Part shown: positions 1 to 13,439 of the stretch, piece by piece
Layout: the number at the start of each line of letters is the position of its first letter
Position numbering within the stretch: the stretch's first letter is position 1
Source: Octopus vulgaris
Lineage: Eukaryota
Assembly (NCBI GenBank): GCA_951406725.2
Contig: OX597833.1
Coordinates: 38,688,001 to 38,752,000 of the forward strand
Direction: 5' to 3'
DNA: 64,000 bases
Notes under the pieces: generated by a model
Databases searched by the model: none
Seen by the model: only the letters and a program-made list of their open reading frames with translations
What the model was told of the DNA's origin: nothing
Program-made: the position numbers and the translations under genes

Positions 1-374
1 GAATGGAATAGATAAATATTTGATGGTATTGTCATAAAAACATTAACAAAAGAAAAAAGAAAACCAGGACAGAAAATTTAATGAGGGAAGAGAAAATATT
101 TAATAGCTGGAATAATTTCCTTTTAGTAATAAGACAAGGTCTATTTTGCGTTGGTTTGGGAGATATAATTAATTGAACCGATGACCACAGTGTATATTAA
201 TTTATAGGCAACACTATCTTAAAAGGACAAAAGGAGGAATAGTTAATAAGACCTCAATGGAATTTGGACTGGAGCTTAAGGTTACTTAATTACATATCAT
301 AAATTACTTTATTCATGATGATGATGATAACTACGGTTGTAAAATAGACACACAAGAAAACAAAAACATAAATA

Positions 375-855
375 TCTTTTATCTTTTACTTGTTTCAGTC
401 ATTAGACTGTGGGCATGCTGAGGGACAGCCTTGATGAATTCTTAGTTGAATGAATTGATCCTAGTACTTATAGGGACATAAACAAACCATTACTGGTTGT
501 CAAGCGGTGGAGAGGAACAAACATACACACGTACACACACATGATCGGCTTCTTTCAGCTTCCGTCTAACAAATCCACTCACAAGGCTTTGGTCAGCCTG
601 AGGGTATTATTGTAGAAGTGGTTGGCGTTAGGAAGGGCATCCAGCTGTAGAAACACTGCCAAATCAGACTGGAGCCTGGTGCAGCCTCCATGGCTTATCA
701 GATCCCAGTCGAACCGTCCAACCCATGCTAGCATGGAAAACGGACGTTAAATGATGATGATGATGATGATGCTTGCCCAAAGTACCACGCAGTGGGACTG
801 AACCCGGAACTATGTTAGGAAGCTAACTTCTTACCACACAGCCACACTTGCACCT
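375..855 (-). mobile_element. tRNA-derived SINE, family A (local name), interrupted by a family B insert at ~614-770
   Basis: Colinear with the intact copies at 4801-5195 and 49757-50137. Minus-strand head has A-box-like TGGCTGTGTGG and B-box-like GGTTCAGTCCC. Confidence 0.85.
614..770 (+). mobile_element. Family B retroposon end (RTE-LINE 3' UTR-like) with (GAT)n tail
   Basis: GTGGTTGGCGTTAGGAAGGGCATCCAGCTGTAGAAAC...CCATGCTAGCATGGAAAACGGACGTTAAATGATGATGATG. Near-identical to 26745-26885 and to the reverse complement of 9718-9875. Confidence 0.85.
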
Positions 856-1438
856 TACTCTATCAAATGTAAAGCTTGTTTATTCAAATTGTTTTGAATA
901 AATCATACAATATTTTGAAGCTACAAGACTTTGATGCGATTGTTTATTTTTAGAATGACATGGTATGGTAGGTGTGAGAGGCCAGATCAGGCCAGTTTGA
1001 ACATACGATAGGTAGAATATTTGTGCTGGAAAAGGCTGGTTCAAAATGCTCAAGGGAGTGAGACATAGAAAAACAATCTCTAACAGTCTGTTGCAATTGT
1101 TTAGTCTCAGGTCAACCTTGATGAGCAAATCCACAATCAGAAACATTTCATCTATGAACACTGTTTTTAAGGCCTCTTGGACATTATTTTTAATGCACTC
1201 ATTTCTTTAATCTGGTAAGGTATAATTTGGGAGAGATTTAACTGCTACTTCTAGCAAGCTGAACTCTCATTGGTGGTAGTGTATGCATGTGTGTGTGTGT
1301 GTGCACGTGTGTTCGCTCTGCTTGGAATAAAATTATAGCAATTAGAATAATTGAACCATACAACAGTTAACAAATTTTTACCATTGAGCAAGCTGAGGGG
1401 AAGAATGTAACCAGTAAATTCTTCCAAAAGTGCCTTAA

Positions 1439-1659
1439 CCCATTCGTTACTGTATTTATTTTGAGATGCTCTGTGTTTCTTTCAATTACTTTAAATATAA
1501 CAAAGAATTTAGTAAAATAACTTGGTTATCATTAAGCTAGTGTTTGGAACATAAACTGTGACTAAGGTTTGGTGGAAGATTTTAATTCAAAACTTATGAA
1601 AACAAGACATTTGTACTATAGAGCCAGAGCCGGTTTCAGCCGGGTTGGTAATGAAAGGG
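1439..1659. mobile_element. piggyBac-like MITE (family P1), 221 bp
   Basis: TTAA flanks at 1435-1438 and 1660-1663. Ends CCCATTCGTTAC / GTAATGAAAGGG form imperfect TIRs. Same-length copy at 7305-7525. Confidence 0.9.
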
Positions 1660-1730
1660 TTAAAATGATATTAAACAAATGAAATGAAGGAAGGAATCTA
1701 TGCCATTAATAATTAAATCAGTTCTTAATT

Positions 1731-2058
1731 GTGAAGGTGTGTGGCTTAGTGGTTAGGGTATTTTAGCTCATGAGAGTAAGGTTGTGAGTTCAACTACCAG
1801 TGGTTCATTGTATTCTTGAGCAAGATACTTTATTTCACATTGCTCCAGTCCACTCCAGAGACAAAAATTAAGTTGTACCTGTATTTCAAAGGGCCAACCA
1901 TATCACATTTTGTGACATGCTAAATTTTCTTGAAAACTTTGTTAAGGGTATGTGTATCTGTGGAGTGTTCAGCCACTTGAATGTTAATTTCTCAAGCAGG
2001 CTGTTCCACTGAGTGGCTCAACTGTAACACCTGTCATCATAACCAATGGAGTTCCAGT
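1731..2058 (+). mobile_element. tRNA-derived SINE, family C
   Basis: Head with TGGCTTAGTGG (A box) and AGTTCAACT (B box-like), then TTCTTGAGCAAGATACTT. Reverse-oriented copy at ~7620-7850. Confidence 0.8.
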
Positions 2059-2439
2059 TAGTTCTCAATTAAAGAAGAGAAAAAATAAAAACCAATCAAA
2101 TGACATGTTCTTTCAAAGTAAGATGATGATTAATGAATGTGATTTATTATATGTCGTGTATCAATAAAAAGGTACAAATGACAACATGTGTGAAGTGTGT
2201 GTACTTAGCAATGAAAGAAAATGTCAGATGTTTGCTCTAATCTGGTTTATGCTAATTTCTAGTATAGGCACAAGTTTAAACATTTTGGGGAGAAATATGT
2301 ATAATCAATTCTATTTTCTCCAATATTTGATTGGTATTTTATTTTGGCCACAAAAAGATGAAGCATTAAACTCATCATGCCAAGATTTGGACTCCTAATG
2401 CTTAATACCACAAGCACTTAATGGATTTTACCAATCCAC

Positions 2440-2652
2440 TTAACACTTTAGCATTTACATTACTCTGTCAAATGTAATGCTTATTTATTCACATAGTTTC
2501 GAATCAATAAGGCATTATCTTGTAGCTTTGATAACTCTGATGATGTTATTGCTTATTTTTAGAATGGCATTGTAGGGTAGGTACGAGAGGTCAGATTTAG
2601 TCAGTTTGAATGTAAAGCAGGTAGAATAATTGGGCTGGATATGGCTGGTTAA
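2440..2652. mobile_element. piggyBac-like MITE (family P2), degenerate
   Basis: Starts TTAACACTTTAGCATT. Body matches 50217-50436, ~16078-16302 and ~855-1058, and the reverse of ~16725-16935 and 57970-58191. Confidence 0.75.
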
Positions 2653-3984
2653 TTTGGTATTTAATAACAGCAGTACAGCTTAATGGACCACCATGTAGAG
2701 TTTAAGCTTATAGCAGAGCCAAGAAAAAAAAAGTGTTAATTCATAATTTATGAGGAGCTGACAAGGTTGGCCTCCTGACTACAACACCACGAGTTAATAC
2801 CTTACAGTTACAGACATTGTTCAATGTGTGTTGCCTTCTAATTTGTCAGAGCAACAAACAGCAGTTGCATCCTTCTGTATGGATAACACTAAGAAAGGCA
2901 AACCAGTTGTGAAAAGTGTTTCAACAAAGACTGTCTTAAGAAAAGAAATCAAAGATGAAATAAAAACTACTAAAATTCTGGTAGTGCCATAATAGAAAAA
3001 ACTTGGTTGCAGCTGGATAATGAGAGTATCTGTATAGGCGCCCAACCTGCTAGAAATAGAAGCCAAATCTCTCTCTCTCAAATCAAACTTAATGTAAAGT
3101 GAGAAGGAAATGACTGGAACATCTTTGATTCTAAGTCTACTTAGATGAGAGTTGATTCCAGGGTAAGGATCAAACAATTTCTGTCATATAAACAAATATT
3201 GTATAAGAACTCTAATGGCTGTAGATTCTGTTTGACTCTCTTCCCTTAAAGATCTATTCCTGTATTAAACTAATCTCTTCAAACTATTAATCTCCTCTAT
3301 CAATCTTTATTACGTTACCCAGGTTCCCAAAATAGGTTAAAGAGAGACAATAAGAGGGAAGGAATATGTACGGGGATTAGGTAAGGATCAGAGTTTAATC
3401 TCTTACTCGACTAGATAAGCCCAGCATTGCGCTAGGAGTTAACATAAAATACTGGCTGAATCAGTATGACATGAGAGATGATGGCATAGCATGACATGGG
3501 AATAATTTTACATAACTTTACAATGTCTAGACAACTGCTGAGAACACAAGGAAATGGTGTTAGGTGGTGATTAAGCTAGAGGAAGGTTAAGGAAAAGGGG
3601 TTGATTTAATACAAGGAAATGTATGACCCAGATAGTATAAAACATGTGAATAGTTGTGAAGGCATTGATACAGAAATGGTTGTTGTTGTTGTTCTTCTTC
3701 TTCCAATCAGGACTCACACCATTAGCCACAAAGAATAATCTCTAATTCGAGCCTACTTTAAGCTTCTAAGAATGCGTGTGGCAACTTGAAGATCCACCCA
3801 CCATACGCGATAGACTGGCACACAGGCACGAAAGCTACGTTGTTATCCTCATTCCGTAAATGGTGGCTTTTAATGGGTGGAGGGCTGAACCATCCTGGGG
3901 TACAGAGAATTCACAATCTAGACTAGGGTCTGAAAGTTTACCACACCATAGTGGGTCACACCATGGTTCCTCTACTTTGTGGCA

Positions 3985-4173
3985 GAAGTAGGAAGAAAGA
4001 GTGAAAGTTGTGGTGAAAGAGTACAGCAGGGTTCCCCCCCACCCCCGCCGGAGCCTCGTGGAACTTAGGTGCTTTTGCTCAATAAACACTCACAAAGCCC
4101 ACTATGGGAATTGAAACCGCCTTCTTACAACAGCTAGTCCGCTGCCCTAACCACTGGGCCATTGCATTTCCAC
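3985..4173 (-). mobile_element. tRNA-derived SINE (distinct family)
   Basis: Minus strand reads GCAATGGCCCAGTGGTTAGGGCAGCGGAC...GCGGTTTCAATTCCC (A and B boxes), followed by a non-tRNA body. Confidence 0.7.
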
Positions 4174-4800
4174 TGCTGTTGTTGTTGTTTAGTTCCAGAT
4201 CAGCTCTGATAAAACAAACCTATAGCACATCTTCTATTCTTTTACTAGTTTCAGTCACAGAACTATGGCCATGCTGGGGCACTATAGCTATCTTAATTTG
4301 ATGTTTATTTTACTGAATTGCTAATTTAAACTTTTTGATTAAATATCAGCTGTTAACAGAGATAAACATAAATACAGAGAGTGACCTATATTACTCTGGA
4401 CTCTGTAGTATATTTCCAACTTTGAAAAGAAAATGTAAAGAAATGAATGGCAATCAAACAAATGGATACAGTTGTAAAAACAAAAAAAATTACAATCTGC
4501 GAAGCACACAAGAAAAATATTTTGTAAATGTTAAATGACAATAACAAAATTACCGCCAACAACAACAACTTATTTAATGATGTTGCACACCAAATAGGTG
4601 ATAGAGGTGAAATCACTTTCAGACAATAGAAAAATGTCAAAAGAGAGTACCTCTTTGCTCAAGGTATTTAACAAATAAAAGCAAGGAGGAAAATGACACA
4701 GTTCTGTCCACAAAAGAAGCTTGGTCAATGCATGACAAGATGGTTGTTCTTTTGATGGAAGCAGGGCATATGGAAATGTGTGTATGTGTATATATATACA

Positions 4801-5195
4801 CTTTTTACTTGTTTCAGTCATTTGACTGTGGCCATGCTGGAGCACTGACTTTAGTCGAGCAACTCGACCCCGGGACTTATTCTTTGTAAGCCCAGTACTT
4901 ATTCTATCGGTCTCTTTTGCCGAACCGCTAAGTGACGGCGATGTAAACACACCAGCATCAGTTGTCAAGCAATGCTAAGGGGGACAAACACAGACACACG
5001 AGAAAAAAAAAAATATATATATACATATATACGACGGGCTTCTTTCAGTTTCCATCTACCAAATCCACTCACAAGGCTTTGGTCGGCCCGAGGCTATAGT
5101 AGAAGACACTTGCCCAAGATGCCACGCAGTGGGACTGAACCCGGAACCATGTGGTTGGTAAGCAAGCTACTTACCACACAGCCACTCCTGTGCCT
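4801..5195 (-). mobile_element. SINE family A, full-length, little diverged
   Basis: Minus head AGGCACAGGAGTGGCTGTGTGGTAAGTAGC...GGGTTCAGTCCCACTGCGTGGCATCTTGGGCAAGTGTC, internal TA-rich microsatellite, tail ending GACTGAAACAAGTAAAAAG. CpGs retained. Confidence 0.9.
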
Positions 5196-5480
5196 ATATA
5201 TATCTATATATATATTAAGGTAGGGCTTGAGAATGATATGCTGACCTGCAAGATAGTGCTGCAGTATGGAGGTAGAGGAGAGATATAAGGGTCACAACCA
5301 GAGACATTGGTGCTGAATAGATAGAGTGTGAGAGAACATCCAGATGTGATGAGCTCTTGAGGGCTAAACAACTACACTGGAATTATAGCTGATAACAGAA
5401 GCAGAGAAATGAGCAACCAAACAAATGGTGCAGGACAGAAAGTCCACTTGTTATGCACAAGAGCCCAGGCCACACTAAGC

Positions 5481-5592
<112 letters not shown>

Positions 5593-6379
5593 CTAATAGA
5601 CAGCAGATGCTCATTACTTCCCATACCTGCTGTTCCTATTATATACAACCACTTATTTCAGGTCCAAGGGTAACAAGAATGAAGTAGAGACAAATGGAAT
5701 AACCATATTTTCCACTGACATCACCACCCTCAGGGGCTAACAAGGTAAGAACCTCCTCCAGCACAAAGCCAGCCAAAATCTCTCCAACCAGTAATTCTGT
5801 TCCAATATCTTGCAGCAATGGAAGAAGAGATAGCAAAATGGCACCTGGAGAACTATGAGAAACTGAGGCAGCAAACTTAAAAAAAAGCCACAACAGTAGG
5901 ATGCTGGAAATCCTTGCATGAAAAGGATCTTTCCCACTTCCTGAGAGAACTTGAGGGAATAGCTGAATTCTGAAAGAGGACATGAGGAATATTGTGCTGG
6001 TTGAAGTGCAGATGGGGGTTGGGGCAATAGGAATGAACACAAAAATATAACAATTTTGGTGAAATTAGCACCACAAGTCCAAAAAGAAACCTATGTTTCC
6101 AGAAGTGAATTATTCAAACCTTAAAGAACTCCTATCAACACATGGCTATGTACTCCTGCTCATGATCAGAGATGCACATACTGTCAGTCACTAAGAGACA
6201 TGCTCAACTGGTTAAGGCTCAGCTAAAGCCAAAAATGCTCATGGGTAAATCTGAAGCACTCAATTTGTAGAACGTGATTGAAATAAAAAATGAATAATAA
6301 TGGCAATGTTCTGATTATGCCTAGCTGGCAGTATCTTACATTTTTGGGGATGGGTCACATATTTGTTTTGTGAGGCATG

Positions 6380-6560
6380 GGGCTAGGAATTTCATGGAAG
6401 GGGTTAAGCTGATTACATCAACTTCAGTACTCAGCTAGTACTTATACCCGCAAAAGAATGAAAGGCAAAGTTGACCTTGAGGGAGTTTGAACTCAGAGTG
6501 TAAAAACAACAAAATGCCACTAAGCATTTTACCAGGTGGGCTCACGATTCTACCAGCTCA
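6380..6560 (-). mobile_element. SINE family E fragment
   Basis: Shares GAATGAAAGGCAAAGTTGACC...TTTGAACTCAGA with ~54810-55005 (-), ~33165-33345 (+) and ~9245-9375 (+). Confidence 0.7.
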
Positions 6561-7304
6561 AGACCTTTACCTATTTTAATATATTACATTTTCCTTTAGC
6601 CCCCATTTATTGCTTATTTGTATACTCCCATGATTTGGTCTGTATGTATGGGCCCTTGTGGCAGAAAAAGAAAAGATTTGTTAAGCTAACTATGGCTGGC
6701 ATGTAGTTCAGCTTTTTATTATTATTATTATTATTAATATTGTTATTATTATTATTATACAAGCAAACTATAAATGTTAATTTAGGAATATTTAAAAAGT
6801 AAAAAAAAAGGATTTAATTAATTTTCTACATAATCATTCTTCAAAAAAAATTAATGGAAACTAAAAACAGAAAAAGTTAGGAATATATTTAAAAAAAAAT
6901 TAATTAAAGGTTTAATCGATGTAGACAGATGATTTAATTAGCTTAATGATTTCAATTTTAGTCATAAGGCTGTTCTTTTTTTTTCTTTTTTTACATTAAG
7001 TCAAAGAAGTGGGGGAAAGTAGTAATACAACCTCATTATATTACTGATACTAATTTTATTCATGTGCTACAACTTGCACAGTGAAATCTAAAGAGTACGG
7101 AATATCTTGTATATCTCAGTTTTTAAAATAACTAAACCATATTTTTGAATGTTGTAAAATGTGACCAAAAGGGTTAGCATTAGGAATAGGGTGGGGGGGC
7201 ATCTAACTCGTACTAGCAAGTGGACATATGGAATATCTATGAACCAGCGAAGATCTTGCATGGTTCCTATATATGCTGGAGGGAGCCAGTCAGATGTCCC
7301 TTAA

Positions 7305-7525
7305 CCCTTTTGTTACTGCATTTATTTTTAGATGCTCTGTATTTCGTTCAATTACTTTAAATATAACAAAGAATTTAGTAAAATAACTTAGTTATCATTC
7401 AGCTAGTGTTAGGAACATAAATTGTGACAAAGGTTTGGTGGAAGATTTTAATTCAAAACTTATGAAAATAAAACATTTGTACTAAAGAGCCATTGCCGGT
7501 TTCAGCCGGGTTGGTAATGAAAGGG
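7305..7525. mobile_element. piggyBac-like MITE (family P1), second copy
   Basis: TTAA at 7301-7304 and 7526-7529, with CCC...GGG termini. Colinear with 1439-1659. Confidence 0.9.
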
Positions 7526-7619
7526 TTAAGCTTTTAACATTTAAAGTGGCTATATCTGGTATCTCACACCTACCCTACAATATCATACTAAAAATAATAA
7601 ATCACATTATTGAACATTT

Positions 7620-7851
7620 CACAGATACATGTACCCTTAATGTAGTTCTCAGGGAGTTTCAATACGACACAGGATGTGACAAGGATGGCCCTTTGAATTA
7701 CAGGTACTACTTAATTTTTGCTAGCTGAGTAGACTGGAGCAACATGAAATAAAGTGTCTTGCTCAAGGACACAATGTGCCACCTAGACTTGAACTCATGA
7801 CCTTAGGATTGTGAGCTGAATACCTTAACCACTAAGCCAGGCACCTCACAC
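7620..7851 (-). mobile_element. SINE family C copy
   Basis: Reverse complement matches 1731-1960. Confidence 0.75.
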
Positions 7852-8329
7852 TTATTATAAAAGGTATCATGATTACATAGCATCCATCTGTGGCCATTCC
7901 GTCTATGCTGTGTTTATATTGCTCTAAAATTTAAAATTCAAATATGGGGGCTTCATTTTAAAACTGGCTAAAAAAAAGTCCTGCTGAGTGAGATTTGGCT
8001 GCTACATTGGGCATGTCAAGCAATTACATATGTTTTTGGAGTAAGCCTTAGCCTTTATCTTCAATTACAATTCTAGTGGCAGGTGCTTTTGTTTTGGTTT
8101 TTAAATTCTAGAATACTTGTCCTATTGTTAATTACTTCACCATAGAGAGAAACAGAAGTCTACTTCAAGTAATGAGACCAAAGCAAATGAAATGAGGTAT
8201 CTTAAAAATTCTGCAGTGGAGTTAGAACTGATTATTCATGGAGATAAGGAGGAGTATCAATATGCATTCAACATATTTACCTTTCAAATAGGAAAATAAA
8301 AGCAGAGTATGTATGCTTCTGTCACATAC

Positions 8330-8568
8330 ACTCAACACATAACTGAAGAAGGTAGAAGCTGAAGTAGTAAAGATACTGGTACAGTTTAGATGTGCTTAAA
8401 GTATATTTGACTTTAGAGCTTGAGGAAATTAATCCAATCTCATATGTCAGTTGAGATAGCTGACAATACAGAAGCAGAACTAACTGGGGTTTGGGAAGAG
8501 TTTGTAGATAGGAGTGGGGCTCCAAGAGACACCACAGGCTTGCTTTAGTTTTTGATTTCCAAGGAGTT
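8330..8568 (-). other. Candidate exon (coding status unclear)
   Basis: Strong acceptor gtttgtttgcttttgtcccacAG at 8570-8569. Donors GTATGT (8329) or AAG|GTAAAT (8280). Open to the first donor only when entered in phase 2; phase 1 gives xLLGNQKLKQACGVSWSPTPIYKLFPNPS*. Confidence 0.3.
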
Positions 8569-9521
8569 CTGTGGGACAAAAGCAAACAAAACTATGAAAT
8601 ACAAGGAAGTAGATGGACATATACACACACATACATACAGAGAGGAAAATAAGCTTTCACATACAGAACTGTATTGAAATTGCCATAAAGAAAATGAAAC
8701 AACATACATGCACACAGCAACAACAACAACAACAAACTTCTCATGTGTAGTTAATGACTTTTTGGACAAGAGAAAAATAATAGGCATTTACAAAAGAGGT
8801 CTAATTGAATTTTCTAATAAGCTAAATAAAGTGTTGGGAATAGAAACGTGGCTTGTTATAGAATTTATTCTCAGAGTTGAATGAAACGGTAATTACAATA
8901 ATGGCGGAAGACAAATAGACAATTGAAAGCATTGAGAAATGGGAAAGAATCTCAAAAGAATTGTTAAGTGGATCACACACAGGAATCCTTTGAGATTTAC
9001 AGCGAGAGCAAGCTGCTGTGGAATATAGAAGAAGTGATGTTGTAGTTGATAGGATTGAAATGAAATTGAAATATTTGAAGAACAAAGAAATAAATAAATG
9101 AAGAAATAAAGATTTTTCTTTAATGAATCAATATGAAGAATGGAGAATTATGAAGGAATATTGAATGCTGACTACCTAGGTTGGAACCAGAATAAATTTG
9201 TCAACTGATTTAGCATAATTATCATTATCACTATTATTATTATTCCACCAAGGTCGAATTTGGCTTTCATTCTTTCAGGGTTGACAAAATAAAATACTAG
9301 AAAGCATAGGGGTTGATGTAACCAACATAGCTCCTCCCACAAAAATTTCTGGCCTTGGGCCTTGTGCCAAAAATTCTAAGGGGAGGAGGCGATAATCTGA
9401 GAAATGGTTATTATTATTGTTTTTATTAATCAACACCTTCATAGAACTTCATATTTTAAAACTTCCTTCTGTGTGTACATCTCTCTCTGTCTCTCTCTCT
9501 CTATATATATATACATGTATA

Positions 9522-10039
9522 TTCTTTTACTTGTTTCAATCACCTGACTGCAGCCATGGTGGAGCGTCACCTCAAAGGGTTTTAGGACTTATTTTTGAAA
9601 CCTAGTACTCATTCTATTGGTCTCTTTTGTCAAACCACTAAGTTATGGGGACATAAACACACCAATTGTCAAATGATGATGAGAGGACAAATACAGATGC
9701 ACACACAAATATATACTTCATCATCATCATCATCATCATCGTTTAGCGTCCGTTTTCCATGCTAGCATGGGTTGGACGGTTCTACTGGGGTCTGTGAAGC
9801 CAGAAGGCTTCATCAGGCCCAGTCAAATCTGGCAGTGTTTCTACGGCTGGATGCCCTTCCTAACGCCAACCACTCCGTGAGTGTAGTGGGTGCTTTTTAC
9901 GTGCCACCCGCACTGGTGCCAGACAGAGCTGGCAAACGGCCACGAACGGATGGTGCTTTTTATGTGCCACCGGCACGAGGGCCAGGCGAGGCTGGCAACG
10001 GACACGAAACGGGGCGGTGCTGGCAACGGTCGCGAAACG

Positions 10040-10079
<40 letters not shown>

Positions 10080-10213
10080 CGGGCTTCTTCCAGTTTCCAC
10101 CTACAAGGCTTTGGTTGGTCCAAGGCTATAGTAGAAGATACTTGCCCAAGGTGCCATGCAGTGGGACTGAACCTGGAACCATGTGGTTGGGAAGCAACCT
10201 TCTTACCACACAA
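9522..10213 (-). mobile_element. SINE family A with a nested family B element (9718-10040) at its internal microsatellite
   Basis: SINE tail at 9522-9715 and head at 10078-10213 flank a CpG-rich family B copy, which has a (CAT)n tail on the plus strand and is followed by (TA)n. Confidence 0.85.
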
Positions 10214-10344
10214 CCACGATATATATATTTTCCATCTATGACTGCTTACATTAGACTTCCTGCTTGAACATGACAATATTCATTAGATTGATACTTCAAA
10301 ACTCTCTGATGTATGTATTTATTCGGCCAGCTAAGTCATCATTG

Positions 10345-10390
10345 AACTGTCTGATGACGGCTTAGCTTGCCAAAACTCCAAAGTCACCAT
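10345..10390 (+). ncRNA. Degenerate type I hammerhead ribozyme
   Basis: CTGATGA-C-GGC-ttagctt-GCC-AAAA-CT-ccaa-AG-TC. Stems II and III are intact. G12 is A (consistent with CpG decay) and stem I is weak. Confidence 0.55.
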
Positions 10391-10467
10391 CAAGACAATT
10401 CTAGTTAAAGAATAATTTGTACTCTACCAAATATATTAATTCAAAACTGTTTTTATTATAAAACCAA

Positions 10468-10517
<50 letters not shown>

Positions 10518-10694
10518 TATTACACACACACACACATACATATAAATTTGACATGGGTGATTCTTTCTTGTCAAATTCTTTCTCGGTCAAACTGCTGGGT
10601 GGAATTGCGCGAAAAATTACACAGATGTGTTGAATGATCTGGTGGTGATGCTGGGCTTTGTATTTTTTCATAGCTTCCATGGTTACTGAGATAA

Positions 10695-11077
10695 TCTACT
10701 ATAATAATACTCTTGTATTTATGAATGAGAAAGGAAGAGGTGATAGATGAATAAGGAAGGAAGGGGTGAGCGTTTCAACACTGCGTGAATTTGTGTATGT
10801 AAAAGGGGGGGGGTATATGAATGTTTGTGTGTGCATGTGCAATAGAAGTGGGAGGGTTCATCTTTGCTTAGTATTTGGGTTTATTTTTTTTGATTTGGTT
10901 GAATCTTAGTTGGTTTTGTTTTTGTTGGTCAGTTATTTTTAGCGTTTTGACAGAAAAAAGTAATTCTAAAATTGTTTTTTAACATAAGCGTGCCCAAACA
11001 AGTAAAATGCTTACACAGAGCAGGTTTTACAGCCACATTATCCAAACTGACTGGGTGAAACCGGGCTTAGCTGCTAG
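10695..11077 (+). mobile_element. Non-autonomous Helitron
   Basis: 5' end A|TCTACTATAATAAT. 3' end has hairpin CTGG-GTGAAA-CCGG (11051-11064) followed by CTAG|T. Sits between A and T with no TSD, as expected for Helitrons. Confidence 0.7.
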
Positions 11078-12346
11078 TATATATATATGCAGGTGTTACA
11101 TAAAATGTGCTGGTGCTATGTCAGAAAGTACCTGTCTTGTGCCACATTTTAAGTACCTGTGTCAGTGCCAATTATAAAGCACCCAGTACACTCTATAAAG
11201 TGGTTGGCATTAGGAAGAGCATCCAGCTGTAGAAACCATACAAAGCAGACAATTGGAGCCTGGACAGCTCTTCGGTTGGCCAGATCCTGTCAAACCATGC
11301 CTGCATGGAAAACAGATTGATGATGATGTTATATATATATAAAACATGATCATTATTTTAAAGTCCATTTTTCCATTCCTGTTGCCAAGGCATATTTTCA
11401 CTGGAAATAAAAGACACCATTTGCATGATGATGCCTATTTAGAACTATCATGCAATGTCAAGATGATGATGCACACACACACATAATGAGATTCATTCAG
11501 TTTCTATCTACCAAATCCACTTGTAAGGTCTTGGGTTAGCCTAAGGCCATAGTAGAAGACATGCCCAGGGAAATATGCAATGTGACTGAACTCAAAATCA
11601 TGTAGTCTGGAAGCAAACTTCTTAACCACACAGCCATGCCAGAGTCTATATCTATGTATGAATGTGTGTGTTCACGCACGTGTGTAGATGGATAAAGTTT
11701 TTATTAGTGCTATTATTTTCATGCTTGGATGAATTAACCATTATGATAAGAACAATACCCTCTGTCACTATACAAACAGTGCAGATCTGTAGTTAAGATT
11801 AATATGTGTATCAGAGCATGTAAATCAACAGAGCAGTGGAACTTTGCCATGTTCCAAGGACAAAAGCAATCAGTCCAGGGTATACTTCAACTGATACCCA
11901 TCTTGCATTTATTTAAACAAATACATCTTGGAGTTTAACAGTGTAAACCAACCACCCTGAATCCAATTTGGATAAAGTCACACATCCTCCCCACCTCCCA
12001 ACACCTTTTTTTTTTAATAACAAAATCTGGAACTAATCACACACACACAGCTCATACATGCCCTGGTTCCACTCTGAAAGTGGAGTGGGCAGCAGTAAGG
12101 GCATATTTTTATCTGCAGCACACAGAGGTACAAAGATCACAAACGCATGCACAGACACACACACACACACACACACACACCAATTATACAGTGTGCTTGT
12201 GGGTTAATGAAATGAACTATGTAGCAACACAGTTCAATAGTGCACAACTAATGTATTTATGTCTAGAGGCGTACAGAAGGTTATTAAAATGCCAATGATT
12301 CATATACGAATACTTGTTGTTTAGCTCTGGGTCAACACAATTTTAC

Positions 12347-12373
12347 ATTCTGTGAACTTTTTCATCATCTCAG
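12347..12373 (-). other. Candidate 27-nt microexon (xEMMKKFTEx, phase 1-1), or a short terminal exon
   Basis: Acceptor gtgtccttgctctcatAG with upstream TGC. Weak donor GTAAAA. Read-through gives ...TECKIVLTQS*. Confidence 0.2.
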
Positions 12374-13439
12374 CTATGAGAGCAAGGACACACACACACA
12401 TATTTGTGTATATGTAGTGTGCAATAGCATGTGTACTCTGACAGAATAATCCAAATATTGTCAACAAAGCAGGAATTTTGTTAAAAAGGTAACATAATGC
12501 TTGGATAGAAGAAAGATTTACCATGATGGTTGTTATGAAGATTAACATTAAATGATAACACTGCAACAAGTTTTACTAAAATTTTTGTTATCATATTTTT
12601 TTTCACGTCTCTTTATTACTAAAATTCAGTGTCTGTTCCAAAGAATGATATTACTTTTTGTATCATCAACCATTTTTAGATTTATAACCCTAATTCTGAC
12701 TTCCATTTTTCTGGAGAGTGACTTGCTCTCTGGTGAACAGCTCTTTAACCAAGAAATCTAAAATCGTCTTTACATATCTAAAAACCATATTTTTCTATTT
12801 CATAGCATTTTCTGGAGTTATTCCCAATGCTGTGGAATATAGCAAGTAGAGAATACAAAAAGGCCACCAGATATACTGTTATACTTTTAGATACAATGTT
12901 GGATCCAAATAAATATAAAAATGTGAAAGGTACTAAATTCTAGATAACATACAAACTATATTAAAATGTAGTCTATTTGGTGACCAAGACAAATCTTAAG
13001 TCCTACTTCATGTAATATGTAGAAGTTGTTAATCTATTTTAGATAAAAAAATTATTTGCATGGTGCACGAGATCTGAAATGATGATTTATGCAGTTATTC
13101 TTAATATGTTCAGGAAGATTCAAATAAAAATATGCTGGTTGCTGTTGGATATGTCACAGGAGAACAACTTCTCTATTTTATGATGACAGTCTGTTTGCAA
13201 CACACATGGCTCACAAGCAGGCTCAAAGGTCAAGCTGCTTCTGGCTGATGAGGTACAACATGTTGAATCACTTGTGTCCCTGAATCCCTTGCACCAATGA
13301 GCTGGGTATGTTATGAACACACAACCATCATAAAAGCGAGAAGAAATTCTTCTGTGACATACACAACAGCAACTAACATATTTGCATTTGAGTCTGCTGG
13401 AATGTATTGAGAATAAACATGCAAATTACTGTTTATTTT

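Noticed and set aside
1731-1805. tRNA genes at SINE heads (also ~4100-4173, 5125-5195, 47432-47505, 61740-61870)
   Set aside because: A and B boxes are present, but there is no proper cloverleaf and each continues into a repeated SINE body.
13245-13290. Other CTGATGA matches (also ~2537, 21719, 32074, 40437, 42451, 44083, 48683, 54037)
   Set aside because: No correctly placed stem II, GAAA and UH elements.
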